64,000 nt of DNA from Auanema rhodensis (taxonomy: Eukaryota > Animalia > Nematoda), in assembly GCA_964057225.1 (NCBI GenBank), contig OZ059899.1, forward strand, positions 8,556,001 to 8,620,000. The letters are read 5' to 3'. The position numbers and the translations under genes are program-made. The notes under the pieces were generated by a model. It ran no database searches, was not told the origin of the DNA, and worked only from the letters and a program-made list of their open reading frames with translations. Shown here piece by piece: positions 12,446-27,469 of this stretch. Position 1 is the stretch's first letter; each line of letters starts with the position of its first letter.

Positions 12446-15400
12446 ATGGAGGAACCACTCTCTTTTGTACGCGATAACCCTTTTGTGAAAGTGAGTTTCT
12501 CTTCGTCTTCGTTCTCTATGTAGAAATCAATTTTATTTTATCAATCAATAAAGAATACAACATTGACACTAATTTATTTATTTTTTTCAATCCTCATCCG
12601 TAATTTCAGAATGATGGTTGTCGACGATTGCTTCGCCGAAATCCTGTATTAGGCAAGGATAGAACTCAAGGTATGACTATAATAAAAGTCGTTACTATTT
12701 CTAGTTAACTTGGAAATTTTCTTATCACTCCCTTTGATATGAGTTGATTGTATGCTAGGTCTCATCAAAACCACATTATAGACGGCATTAGTGTCATCTG
12801 TTATGAAACTTTTTTGTTGCTTTCCAACTTTTCTGCATTTTCATATTACATAGTACTATTTTTGAACTTTTCATCACTTTTTTTCAAATTAAAAAAAGTT
12901 TATATTCAAAAATGAGTCCACGTCGGAATTACTATACTGACATCTTTTCTTCATGTAAAATATGCGTGTCTGTTTATATACTGTTTTGTCTTCTCAAATA
13001 CATCTTCAACAGATATTTAACAAAATTTCTATATTTACTACTTTTCCACAAACTTTTTCATTAGCCTTAAAATAAAACTTGGGTTTTCACGTGAATTTAA
13101 AAGCCATTACTTACTTAGAGTTCTTTTATATTTTGCGCATCTCAGGCATGGTCATATTTTCAAATCAGCCGCGAAATCATCGTATCATTGAAGAGTATTT
13201 ACTTGCTAAATAGCATGTATATTTCTAGAACTTAGTCTTTCATCATAAAGAATGAGTAATCGTCGTATAACTTACTCATTTTGTTAACCGAAATAATTCT
13301 TTGCTTTTATGCTCTATTAATTTTTAAATCCTGCTCCCAACTAACGATGAAGTATGCCGTACAAACTGCAATCTTTATGAGTTATTTAAGTTTATACTTT
13401 GATAAGAACCAAGCATTGCGCTCTACCCCAATTCCTATGTAATGGGACTTATGAAGTTTTGCAGAGTCGTAATATATATTAACTTAATTAATCTTTTTTT
13501 TATTTATATAACTTCTAAATCTTTTTTTTACAAAGTATGCAATATGAATTGTTGAATATGAGACATTTACATTTTATGTTTAGAAGCGTCTTCATTCCCT
13601 GAACAATTGGGCTATACAATAAAAAAAGTCATGGTGGTGGATAAGGAAGCTGATGATCAACAAGACAACATTTCTACTGGATCTTCTTCAGGTATCTATT
13701 TCTTATCGTTTTTGTGTATTCGCTATCTCAAGTGTTGTAGTTTCTCTGATAGGCACTCCTAACTCAATTAATAGTAGGTAATAAGCTATGTTGGAGACGC
13801 GTTCATTATTTACTTTGCCGGATATTCTTTCATATATCTTTGACAGTAATAATTTTTGACGTATTGATTATTGACGTCTTTATTATTGACTTGATTATTG
13901 CTTCATAAGTATGCATCTCTTAATCTTATGCAGGCTATATGTTTTTGGTTCTTTGGGAAATTTGTTATAATATGCAAGCACGCTGCCGGATGAAGTCTAG
14001 TTGCAGCTCCCAGGTGTCAAATTGTCACGTTATTTGAACTATCCCATCCGGTCCACCAAAAAGCCTGTGCTATACGAACGATATCGTAGAACACATATCC
14101 TTCGCAGCTTGACAGACAACGGATACGTGCTGCTAAGCTGCTTCTCGTTCTCTGAAACTTTTAAGAATTGCATACAGCTCTATTCAGCTCAGATCCAATT
14201 ACATAATTTAGTATCTAAACGAATAATCTTTAATTCATGAAAGAGGCGTATTGTTGCTTTTTCCAAGATTTATATCTGTCGTACCTTTGTACGTTTTAGG
14301 AGATGCAATATCCGCATTTTTTTCTTATACGTTTATTGTTCTTATGTTTTTGCTAGCTACTCTTTCTGCAACATGCAATCTAGATGCGTAAAGTTTAGAT
14401 TCGCTTGCATATATCTCTTTTTCGGTGTGTAGCTAATAACCGTTGTTGAACATAATGTTTGCCATCTTTTTGAATGGTCAGACGATCTTGAGCTCTATCA
14501 TGCTCCAGTATATTCTTCCGTTTTTCACTCATATTGCTCTCACTCTTTCTGCATATCTTCTGTTGTGAAGTGGCTGAGAAACTCTTGCCTTCAGTTGTCT
14601 TCCTTGTTCGGATCAATTACGCCTTTGATAACGCAAATTATCCCATTAACCGTCAGCTTGATGATTCTAGCTGCATATATCGTAGCGATTATTGCTGTTT
14701 TATGAATGCTTGCATTCTATATGATACAGTTTTGTTTATTTCACTTTGTTTCTTCTTTTTTTTTGTGTTTTACTTCTCATATTCAATTCATCTTAGATGG
14801 CAATGCCTCGCCGACATTCACTTGTTGGTTACCCAGAAGCTGCTCGTTTTCGGAAGAAATCTGAAGACATACCGATATATCAAAACTTGCCTGCTTCTTC
14901 ATCTTTGTTAGTTCCAAGTGATCGTATTTACCAAAATACGTCAGAAACCAAGATGCAAAGACGCTCAAGTCAAATACAAAGGACTGATAGTTCGCTAAAA
15001 AGGCGAATTGCTCGAACGCAATCAGAGAAGCGAGTTCCAGTACGGTTACCAACTGAGAATTCGCTTCGTCAAATAGATTATGATAAATTGGATGCTGTTT
15101 TACGCTTCATGGAAGCCTACAATATTGATCCATATGTAAGCAATCGTTATTCGACATATGCTCGTTATTCCACTCTTGAACGCGAACCCGGACACTTGAG
15201 ACGGATACGTTCGGAAAAAGATTTGGGTGGGACCGCGGTATATGACTATGCTCCAACTTCTAACCAAGTACAGTGGTATAGCTGTGAAAAAGTGCCTAAA
15301 GAGAAAAAGAAACGAAGGTCTCTATCTTTCTCATTCAGAAAGCCTGCTGATGGTTAGACCAAAAAAATTGACCTTTTATTCTCTGATTCATCTAATATTT

Positions 15401-18400
15401 ACAGATATTGAATATGGCCCAGGTATTGTTGAGAAGTTAAAAGCAAAGTTCCATCAGCTTTCTGGTATTGCCAGTCGCGAGGCAAAAGTATGCTTATAAT
15501 TTTTTTCCCAAATATTTGAATTTTTTCAGGTTTCACCACATGCGACAGGAAAAAGATGCCCTTCGATGGATGATATACTCTCAGCGGAGAGTCAGCCATT
15601 ACCTACGTAAGCATGAAAGTTTTGTGGAAAGAACTTGAACTTTTTTTAGTTGGGAAAATCAACCAGATGCTGGCAACACTCTTCATAAAACTCATTCCAA
15701 ATCAATGGGGGACGTTTTTGGCAAGGTTAAATATGAGTTATTTTATTGATATGAACTTTTCAGATGAGATGCCAGAGAAACGTAATTATCAAATTCACCG
15801 AGCAGCTAAAATCGGCGACGAAGATTACGATGATCCCACTGATGTATATTACAAACACGTTTTAATGACCAAATGTTATTTGTTTAGGTTCAGTCCATCA
15901 GTGTTTTACGACAAAAGTTTGAGCAGAATGTTCAGCGTAGGCCTTCCCAAAATAGACGGGATTCGAAGGTACCATGACAACATAAATATGTTCTGTTATG
16001 TATTATCTTTTTCAGTTCTATCTCACTAATAATGAGCGAGCACCAAGACCGAAATCTGTTGATTTCTCTGATCACGAGTTGGTTATCAAAAATATCCCCA
16101 CTAAATCTTTCACCGTACTTCAAAGTATAGAAAGTTGTTCGTGTCAAATTCCTGTATCATGTTGCCAACGTATGTTCCACTGCTAGAAATCTTCTATGAG
16201 CTTTCTTTTCAGAAACTGAATCAGTAGATTGCTATCGGGCTCGAGGACCAGCTTCCCCTGTTGTTCCGCTTCCAGTAGAAATTCCCTGCATAGCACCTGT
16301 AGCTTTTGATGACAGAAAACCACGTATCACAAGAAAGGAGCCTGTATCTCAACTTCGCGTACTTGAAGTATGCTTTTGATATAGATTTATAAATTTTTGT
16401 ATAAGTTTAGGTCTTGAATCAACCTCAGGTTGATGATGAAGTGCCGGAATTTGTAAAAATCGGCAGAAGATTGAAGCGTAGTCCGCTCCATTTAGATGAT
16501 ATGCCTGAAAAAATTGAATTGAAAAAAGAAATAGCAGAAGACGTCTCTTTCATTTCACCACGTCCTGATAGCAGTATTGACCATGCAGTTGTATATAGAA
16601 GTTATGATCCATCAGACCGCGTATCAACGTGGCAGAGAGAGGAATCTTCTCGACAACAGGAACCTCGGAAATGTTTGTTTTTTGAAATAAAGCCCGTAAA
16701 AAATTGAGTTTTAGATATTGTTCGCGGAAAGCCCGATATTCCAGTTTTGACTAACAACACTAAAATTATTAGGGAGACAGAAAATTCTCGCGCTTTTGAA
16801 ATTTACTCCCCTCCTGACCCTGATCCAGGAAGATTTAGGTATATAATAAGTGTTTATTAAATTAACAGCTTTGTCCTTAGTTTTAATGAGAGCCATGTTG
16901 TCATACCATCCACCAGTGATGTTCGTATAGTAGCTGATTCTAGTCCACCACCAGAAGAACCTAAACCTAGAGTACAATTATATTTTTATCTTTATCAAAG
17001 TACTTGTAATTGTTTCAGATGACAGTAGAGTCTCCATCATATAAAAAGCCTGTCTCTTCTGTTCCATCAGAAGGTATGTTTTCTAACGCTAAATTATAAA
17101 TGAAAATTAACTATACTCGATTTGCTGATGAAAATTCAGATTCAATGAACATGAATTTTTAGATAAATGTTCATGATTTTGTTCCGGTTTCATATGATTT
17201 TTCAAAAAAAAAAAAAAAAAACAAATATGACAGTACTAGACGAATTTTATTTCTTTAGACTCCAGTGATAACAGAGCAACTGTTCAAGAGATGTTGAATA
17301 GATTCCAAAAAAATAGAGATAATCGAATGATTGATTTTGGTGGTCATAATAGAGATGAATTTGAAGAGGAGAGATTTGAAACACGCGTATGTGTTCATCA
17401 TTTTTTTTCCGAAATTTTCATATTTTATAGAAGGCATTTGTGCCAGCTCTTGTGGGTGTACGATCTTGTGATGAATCAAGGGCAAACCTTACTTCTCCAA
17501 TTTCCTATGCAAGCCCATCTAATAAGTGTAATGTCATTTCCATCTCAGTCAGCCCCGACAATGACGACATCAGCTTATGCAGTACTTCGACAAGTAGCTC
17601 TTTAGTCCGCAGATCGTCAGGTTAGTTCAAATCATTTTCTACCTATTAAGTTTAACTGAAAACAACTTGATTCATGCTGAAAGCTGTTTTGGGTGAGGGG
17701 TTGTATATGTATAAATAGAACAATAGCTTCGAGAATGCGAGATGCGTGTTCATTCGATTTCATGTATATAAAAGAAAATGCTGATCCACCGGCGATGACC
17801 AGATCCCTCCATGTTCAAGGAGTTGAACAATAGAAGAAGCTACATGTTTTCATTGCGTCATATCCAAACAAATACGATGAAGCTCTTATGATGTCGTATC
17901 CGTTTCTTCTAATAGTGATGTATCGCAGATCTACAGGTCCTCGAACATAGACTTCTAAAGCCTCATTTCCTCCTTGAACAACTCTGTTTAAACAGAAGCT
18001 AGTGACCATGAATAGCTATTCCGACAACTTCTGTTTTGTCTTTAGCTCTGCTGGTTTTTGAACCGTTTAACAATCTCCCTAATATTTTTCTCTCATCATC
18101 ATAATCCGTAATTTTTTAAGAACCAAGTATTATACATATAGATGAGTCATATGATTTTATATGGATATTTCATGAACTTTTTTCAATACATTTTTTTCGA
18201 GTATAATTTCCGAGAACACGTCGTAAATGAAATGGTGCAATCAATGACCTGTTTTTGTCTTTGACTATTGCGCATGAGGTTTGAAGGACAACAGGATTCA
18301 TGATAGAGTTTAATTGACTTTTTTAATAACAAAAACATCTGCATGGCGGAAGAAATTCATTCTATGTAATATTTGTCGGAAAATATTTATGTTAAGGATA

Positions 18401-21400
18401 TTTGATTTCCTTAATGCACTCGAAAAACCAGCTCTCCTCTTTTACACTATTCCTTCTTAATTCAATAGTCGTTACCTGTTGCTTTTGTATGAAATTACTC
18501 TGTAATGATCTAGGCCAAAATTGAAAATTACTAGCTTACACAATAAATTATAATTCCTGATATCTGGCACTGCTAGAGATTATCCATCCAACTGCCCGCC
18601 AACACACCTGCCATCCAGGTTAATTGCTACGGATATATGTATATGTGTAGGCTATATGAATTTATTTTGTTATATTCATCCAGGTATTAGATCATTGTGC
18701 GGGAAATTTTCAATCCAATCGTGCTCGCGCCAAATATCTTCCTACCATTGATGCCTCATTTGGACTTACATAGTAGGTCAACCCGTCCTCTTCTGAAAAT
18801 AATCGCTTTTCATCGATTTCACACCTTCGATTTAATTTTCCTTTATATGAGGTAAACTTCATACAATCTTTCTTGGTTCAACCTTCAGTGTCTTATGCCC
18901 TTCCTCTTTTTATTCTTTTCCCTTGTTCCTCGAGATTCACTGTCCTTCATTTTTCTCTCAGTCAAATTTTTTGGTTTCAAATCGCCTTTTTTCTCATTTT
19001 ACCTCAGTCAACTGTGTAGAGTAAAATGAATCCGCATTGAGGTATTCCCATTTGGTATCGCATAATACTCTACCAGGGACAAACGTTCCGTCCTCTAAGC
19101 CTTTCCCCGTACTGTGTCAAACTAAAAACTAGTTGCTATTAGCTAGTTTAACTACTCTATCATTTCTACTATTTTTTTCTTTTTTTTTGCCTTCAAGCGT
19201 ATTGGTGTAAAACCGTTCTCACAACATTTTGTTTTTAACAAAAATATTTGATTTACCTTTATCTTATTTAAGTTGGACAAAATGAAATAAGGTGCAACTG
19301 TTTGATATCTACCTCCACTGTTTACAAAAATGTCAACACGCACTTACTCTCTATCTATCTCTCTCATTCTCTCTTTTCATTTGGCCTTTTATTCGCTTCT
19401 TGCTTGCTACCAGTCATTCTACCTAAATGACTTTTGGGCTTTATTGACTATATATTGCTGTGCTCAAATTGATTACTTGCGTATACTATTATCTCACCTA
19501 TACAATTCCATATCACGTTGATATCATAAATTTCATTTTATTTCTCATATTAAACTGACTATTTATAAGCTTTTACTTAGTCTTTATCATCACTAGTACA
19601 AATTTCTATTTTGTCTTCTGGGCACTCATCTATTTGCTGACATATGTACTTTTCGTTCCGCATTGAATTTTTTATGTGCTCTAGCCAGCATGATTTCAGG
19701 TTTTAAGAAATTATTTTCAAGTGGATTAAAAAATGTCGTTAATTTATCCAAGGGAGCCAAGCCAGCGATTTCGCTGGCACTGGGCATCATCTGTTTTGCG
19801 TTCTTGTAAGCAAACCTTTTATAACATACGAATAGTTTCATGATAGTAATATGCTAAAGAGAGAACTGTATTGATATAAAAGAGAAATATTTGTGAATAA
19901 TGTTAAGATGCTTAAATATCATAGTAGTTTAGTCATTCAATCAATAACATGAGTTTATAATATAACAAATTAAACATACAGTTTATCTATCATATAAATG
20001 TATCACTTGATTCAGAAAAAATGGTAAATTATTGCTAGCAAACCCACCATAAAAATTATTTTAGTTATATATCTATGTATGTATCTAACTACTTATGGTT
20101 TCAGATGAAGAAGAAAATATTATTTCACCTGTAACTGTGAATACTGTAACAAAAAAACCTGCTCCAACAGCTCCAGTAGAAGCTCCACCTGCCGTACCTT
20201 CAACACCTCCACCTTCAGTGCCTCATTATGCTACTTCACCAATTCTCAACACATCATCCATATATACTAGTGTAGAGGCTTCACCATTACCCTCTACCGA
20301 TAGGCCAAACTCACTGTCTTCTCAGGAAAATTTAATTAAAAATGGTTTGTGATGATTCTGCTCGTATTTTTTATTAGATTCAATTATTGCAGTTGCTAGG
20401 AAAAGCTTATCTTCCTTATATTTGGAAGAAAAATTCAAACACTTTTTGTCTGTTTCTAACGATAAGCCTTATGGCGACGATGCAACTGAGCTTAAATCTG
20501 TAAGTTTTTAATTTTTTCAATAATTAGTGTGCGTCTTAATAACCTTTTTCCACGATGTTAATAAGCTTTCTTGCTTTCATTTAGGGGCTTAAAGAACCGT
20601 CAGTAGACGAAGATGTTCTACTTAATAAAGTATCCACTACTTCTATCTCTTTACCCGAAGTTGAATCTCAGCTTGCTAACCTTTCGCAGGCATGTCAAAT
20701 TTACTAACTATTGTGCTTCAAATGAAATATTACTCAGATATTATCTAATTAAACTTGTTTAGGATTCTGAGGGAGGCTTTTCTTCTGATAGTGATAGTGA
20801 TGATCCACCACTTCATTCAAGAATATATAATTTATCATTCAACGAGGTTGGCTATCATGATTCTCTCTTCTTATTTTCAAAACTGGGCCGTAAATTCTAG
20901 TCGTTGAATTCTTATTTTGCTATTTTAGCCTCTCCGTGCTGGTGACGGAAATCCAGTTCGTCAGTCATTGCTATCCATAGTTATGGAAGAAGATGTCCCT
21001 TTCATTCTTGAGGCAATGAGTGAAAAGGTAAAACTTTGTTTCTCTCAAATAATGAATATAATTTTTATAATTTAGTATGATTTTGAGTTTGAGGACTTAG
21101 ATACAACACCATCTACATCATCTATCATTCATCCAGTTGAGAAGCGCCAACAACGACGAAAGGAGAGAAAAGTATGTTTTAACTATCAGGAATCCCCACA
21201 ACATATATTTTAAGGTCTCTGGCATTCGCTTTGAGCAGAAAACACCAATAGTTTATACTTATTTGGATGAAAATTCGGCAATCTCATCACGAGAATGGTT
21301 ATATGGTACTGAAATGAATTATTATGTAAGCCTGTTCATAAATGTTTATGAATACTAACATTTTATTGATAGGATTATCAACGACTTTTTGATCCTGAGT

Positions 21401-21606
21401 TTGAAGAGTATGAACGAAATGTTTTGGCAACATCATTACCAACTCCACCAGCTACAAGTAGTATAGATATTTTTGTTAAACACGTTGTACTTATTTAATA
21501 TTTAGGTTCGTCATTAGTGGAAAGTTTCTTAGAAGGCTGTATTGATGATTATTCCCTGAATGCCGATTTAAATCAGAATACCAACAAAGAGAATCCAACT
21601 ATGTAA
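12446..21606 (+). CDS. Large low-complexity protein, candidate phostensin/taperin/javelin-like PP1/actin regulator; multi-exon with alternative first exon at 14797
   Basis: Spliced frame MEEPLSFVRDNPFVK-NDGCRR...-STGSSS-DIEYGPGIVEKLKAKF...RKRCPSMDDILS...SISVLRQKFEQ... with C-terminal RKERKVSGIRFEQKTPIVYTYLDENSA. The gene structure is supported by frame-consistent splicing. The family assignment rests only on remembered motif similarity. Confidence 0.6.
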
Positions 21607-24209
21607 TTTTAAACTTATGTTATTTCTTGCAAATTTACATCTTCCAACATGGATCTGTATTTTTGACAACTACTCACTCCGCTTTTACTAACTGTAAGTT
21701 TCATAATTCAAAATAACTAATAATTATACATGATATTTCAGAATCTTACCTGTATATGCGTCCTAACGTCATGTGATGTATGATTTAAATATTGCAAAGA
21801 TTTTTATTTTTTATACTGTAAATTCGTTTTTTTTTGTACAATTTTCCTATTGTTCATATGTATTAACAACATTACTTCTCAAATGTTACATGTGCTTTAG
21901 CTCACTTCACCTATTGTTGCTCATAATGTCACGAGCACTCGGTTTGCATTTTTTTCATGAAAACTCCAGCAGGTGATATGTTCAAGCAACTTTTCAAAAT
22001 TATTTATTGTATAGGTCAATAAAAGTGGTTTTAACTTTGTAAAAATATTATTTTTATTCTTCGACAATTTTGAAAAATCAACATGAATAAGTAGACATAA
22101 CAAGAGTAGCATAAATTTAGAATTGTTTATTAAATGAAATTCGAAATGATCACTATGTTCAAATTTTGAATATAAATATGAAACATTGTTTCTCCTTTTT
22201 TTCAAACTTTGTTCGTTGCGTATTTTATGGCTATATCGCATTTTGTTCTAGTTCCTTAAAATGTTAATCTGAATGGTGAACAGATTATTTCTATTCTATA
22301 GAGTGAACGAACTTCCTATCCTTCACAAATTAATCTGAACATTCCCAATTTTTTAATTATAAATGTTTGAAAAGGACGAATGTTTTACATTTGGACTAAT
22401 ATGTTTTTTTTTCTGAAGAAAAGTTATGTAAAAGTTTAAAATATTGTAGATTTTACCACCTATTGAGAATTGACATGATAAGAACTTTTCAGGAAACCGG
22501 ACTTCAATTTATAATGATAAAGACCGGAAGAATCATTAAATGTTTTCGTGTAAAACTTATTTTTTCCTATTTTTTTAAATTTCAAATTCAAATAACCAAG
22601 CAATAATAATGATTGTCAAATGTTATTAAAACTTGTAAGCTTTTTTCATTATTTCTTATTTATTCAAAATAATTTTCTAAAGTTCTACGATCATAAATTG
22701 ATACTTCTCTTACATTCTAAATCCACTTTTCTCTAATCATATTCTATGTTTACTTTTATTTATTTTTGAAGACACATATAACCTTTTCAAATGAAAATTC
22801 AATATTACATTTGAGCACGAAATTGAAGCTTATATATTTGCTCACTACAAGAAAAATAGGAACAGTTGATAAAAACAGTGAAATTTGTCAATATTTGCTA
22901 GAAGAATTAAAAAATTAGAGTACACATAATTAAACTTACGATTAATACTGTTATTTTAAATTGGCGCCCTTTGTTCCAATTATATAGCATGTAATCTTAA
23001 ATATTATGTACTGTTCTATCATTTTCTTCATTTTTGATACAAACATGAGATAATTTTTATGTTTAAAACATTTTTTTTCTTACATCTTTTAAATATAATC
23101 TAGGGGAGCGTATTTTTGATTCATTCGATTATATATTTCGCGATTTATGTTGAATGTAAAACTTTAAAACGCTTTTCATGAGATTTAGAAATGGCGAGAG
23201 ATTTTTATCGTAAGATTCTATTCTATTTCATTGAATTATGACAGTAGTGACGACATTTATGCATTCTTATTATTATATTTTGTATTTTGAAGACTTTGAT
23301 CAAAGTATCGTTTCCGTTAAAATTTCTATTACGTGCTATCAGACGGAAATAATTTCAAAGTACTGTCTAAATGAAAATGATATTTATAGGAGTTAAACCT
23401 TTCCATCTTAATTTTAAAAGAAGCATTAAAGGAAGCAAATGATATCAAAAGCTTAGCATTATCGCATAATCACTTTGTTCCACGTGAACTATGTTATATG
23501 TCAGAGCTGATGAAAATTAATTGTGAAACCGCTCATGCCATTTAGATAGATATTCTTTTGTTATAAAGTTTTGGTGATTTTCTTTCATCTTTGTATATTA
23601 AGAAAAAGATGTTTTAATACGATCATTTTAATGTTTTCTACAATTTTTTCAACAACTCAAGCAGTTGTCTTTCTTGTTATTCCAACCTTTTTGTGAATCT
23701 GCAATTAAAACCAGTGAGATTTCTTGAATCTGTAATTAACTGTTTCATGGAACTATTAATAATATAGACATTTGGAAATGTTTGTGTGTCATTCTGTAGT
23801 CCAAACTGGCAACATGCTAGAGACACATCAGGCCATACTTGCAGATGTATGAGTGACTAATACTTTCTTGTTTATTGAATTCTTACTGTTTATAATTCTT
23901 CTATTGTTTTTTCTCTTCATTATATTATCGTAAGCTGTTTTTGGATTCTTGGCATTTATCAAATTTGATAATATGATAGCAGTTTTCATCAATTTCAATA
24001 TATAAAACTTTTTGTGAAATATTATGTTGAGCCTATCATTGAACATTGAAAGGGGGAGGGCGGTTCATGATTGTTTTATTATCTTTGTTCAAACCTGCTC
24101 TCTATCACTCGTGGAACATCAATATATCGTAAATTGTTGATTCATTTTTTTGTTTGCTCGTCATTGAATCTTAATTTCTAAACTTCAGTATAAGTGTATA
24201 TATATATAT

Positions 24210-25756
24210 ATGGCTTTCAATGTAAGAACGAGAATTGCTGCTAGGGAGAATGGCAATCCTATTCGAACGGTATTAATGGATTATGAACTGTTTTTTACTT
24301 TTTTTCTGATAGCTTCTTATCAGTATAGTGGTGATATTATCGGTTGCACTAACATGGTCCCTTGCAACACAGTTTAGTCAGACGGCATTGAAGATTAACA
24401 CGGTTAGAAAGAAAAGTGAATACATAATCTAAGTTAGTACTAGCATGTTTAGACTCATTTTAATGCTCCGTACTGCATGATGTGGTTCAATACTAATTTC
24501 ATGATTCTCTGCTATCCCGTATATATAATATACGAGTGCTGCAGAAGAAGAAAAATACAAGAAGTGCATGCGTGAGTTTTATCAAAATAATAAAAATGAT
24601 AACTAATATATCTTATACTTAATTTACGGGTTGTTTATGAATGCAACCGCATTATAACTAAATTGATATATAAATGACAGTTGCTCTTCTTATACCTTCA
24701 TTTTAATTTGATTTCATGAATGTTCTAAGAGACGGTTATTCTATATTTTACAGACATGCTCAAGAAATTTTTGGTCCTAGTGGACTGACACCTGTCCAAC
24801 TTCTTTTGCGAGTTTTTCCTTTCTTGGTTTTCTGGGTCCTTGCCAACTATTCAACTTCACGAGCTCTACTCTACATATCTGCCAGTATAGGAACCTCGAT
24901 TTCATCCTGCAATGCAGCATTTGTATATATATTAGGAATGATTTTGTTGGGAGATAAATTCATTGTTATGAAAGTAAGAAGAAGAAAATGGATTTTGAAT
25001 TTATTTTATTTTAACAGGCAGCTTCAGTTTTATTTGCTGTTGGAGGAGTTGTTGTTATATCTCTTGGCATTCAAGGTTCGAATGATAGTAATCAATGGTT
25101 AGGAATATTGCTAAGTGTAATTTCTGCAGTATCAGCTGCTTGTTATAAGGTTCTAGTAACTCATCTTAATTTTAGAAGAGTTTTGATATTCAGGTATTAT
25201 TTAAACGGGTGTTGGGAAATGCTGACCTGGGGCAAGTATCGTTGTTTATGAGCTGCTTGGGATACTTAAATTTCTCTATCAATTGGATTGTTCCTTTGAT
25301 TCTTACTCAAACTGGAGTTGAACTTATTGAATGGGCATATGTTCCTTGGGGACCTATGATTGGAGCTGCTGCTCTTTCTCTTTGTAATTAAAAAATGGTT
25401 GTCTATAGTATCTTGGTTCTTTTCAGCCTTCAATTTTTTGATAAATTTCGGAATAGCTCTGCTGCATCCTCTAGTTATTTCTGTAGGGATGCTACTTGGA
25501 ATTCCAGTTAATACAGGTTATTTATAAAATTGTAGCTATAAACTAAAATTACTATATTATAGTTATTGATATCATCTTTCGTCATGTTAAAGTTACTGGA
25601 TACTTTCTAGGAGGATCAACTCTTATAGCAGTTTCCTTTTTTTTAATCATTTTCCCATATGAAATGATCAGACGTAAGAAACAAAATAATAATAAATCTG
25701 ATGAAGTAGATGAGCAAAACCAAGGGGGAGTTGATGATCTCGTAGACCGTTTATAA
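24210..25756 (+). CDS. SLC35F3/F4-like (EamA/DMT superfamily) transporter
   Basis: About 10 hydrophobic segments, with motifs TWSLATQFSQ, FNAPYCMMWFNTNF, FWVLANY..RALLYISAS, SSCNAAFVY, YKVLFKRVLG and NFLINFGIALLHPLVISVGMLLGIP. Confidence 0.85.
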
Positions 25757-26083
25757 TTTTCAGGGATTCCAGAATTAATAATACCGACTTATTCATTAGC
25801 ATCTTCTAGCATTCCTTTATTTTTCTACTAAACCTTTAAAACAACTTTGAAATATTTATTAATTTATTAACATTTCTATGGTTTGTTCTTTCTCCTGTTA
25901 CATGTACATAATCTGATATCTTAATAATATAATATATTCAATCATTGATGCGATATGTCTATATTGAGATCACCTCGAACAGAAAAAAGAGATTACGGAA
26001 AATCCGTGAAAGATAATAAAATATTAATAACGTAATATACATTCATATAACAATGAATTTAACGACACTTATCGAAAGAAATG

Positions 26084-27469
26084 TTAGTTATCCTGATATT
26101 TCCGGCTTGGGTCCCGTACTCCATAAGTATGACGTAGTGGCGGCAGTTGTCGAACAGAAGCCTGAATGGAAATTAATTTGTTAGGATTTCCTTTGACAGC
26201 AAATTCAATTTATTTCTTGGAAGCGTGAAGTGATGTAGAGCATTGAGACTACGTCATATCCTACTTCAAGAATAACGATGAAATAAAACTTACAGCTGGA
26301 GGGGCGTCTCGTTCGCTTAAAGAAACTGTTGAAGGGCCAATTGGGCGTGCTACCGAAATAGAGTATCCCGTCTCTTGAGACCTTTTGACGAAGTGTGCAC
26401 ATCTAATCTCTACCGTCTAAAATTTGGATTTTGAGATTATTTTGTGTTAAACGTTAAATATACCGTTACGTAAACCCATAGTAACATCAAAATAGATGTA
26501 AACGCAATAGCAACAAATGATGACGACGTGGCATTACCATTTGCGGTTACAGAATATATTTCCAAACTTAGAATTAAAGAAAAAAGTGCCAGATCAACTA
26601 CTCTAAACACATAATATTACAATTAAAGTTTCCACTCTAAAGATAGAAATAGTATTAAAAAATTTACCTGAATACGAAGTGAGGCATGAAAAGAAGCCAT
26701 CTTACATGCTTAATTCCATAAAATACAATGTTAATTACAAGAATTTGAGCTATTGCCCAGACAAGCCAGACTATATTCATGCTACACATTGTTGATGTTA
26801 AAGAAGCCATAAACCTTAATCATGAATTATTTATAAAATTAATGCTTTTCATATCATAATAGATTAATTTTTAAAAAAATCTTTGAAACATTTATTACTT
26901 TTCATATTCCGATGTAGAATTTTCCAACGTTGATATATTATCAAAATCAGGCGGTGGTATAGTTATGGTTGTTGTGGCCACAGTGGGAATCGTCGTTAAG
27001 TTTCCAGAAGAACCATTCTGATTTTCAATATCGTCATCAATATATAAATACATGAGCCTGTTGTTGCCTTGGTTACAAACTCTTGAATTAATGTCAGGTA
27101 AAACTGAAACGGTTATACGTCTATACAGATAGTACATTGAGAATGTTTTTTGAATTCCATCATCAATTCAATTGATATAGTTGTTGCAAATAATTGTTTA
27201 TGAAAAAAAATATTTTGTCGTTTTATTTTGTGTAGAAATATATTTTTTAATTGTTAAAAAACGTTTTGCTTCTCAGTTTATTGTATTTTTTGAAGGAGAT
27301 AAGTACCTGCAACTAAGAGGAAGCATATGGTAAAGATTTCTATAATTCCAGATACAATTGTAAATATTTTGACATGACAACAACATGCTTTATAACGACG
27401 ATCATTGGGATTGAAGCCGGTAGGATGGGTAATTGCAATGGAGCCGGCTGCGTTGCCGTCAGCTTCCAT
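26084..27469 (-). CDS. Nematode multi-pass membrane protein with CCCHV N-terminal motif
   Basis: MEADGNAAG...FNPNDRRYKACCCHVK followed by a TM segment, a Thr/Asn-rich loop exon (26895-27115), further TM exons (IVWLVWAIAQILVINIVFYGI; RHHLLLLRLHLF region) and a tail ending ...DPSRKYQDN*. Confidence 0.75.
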
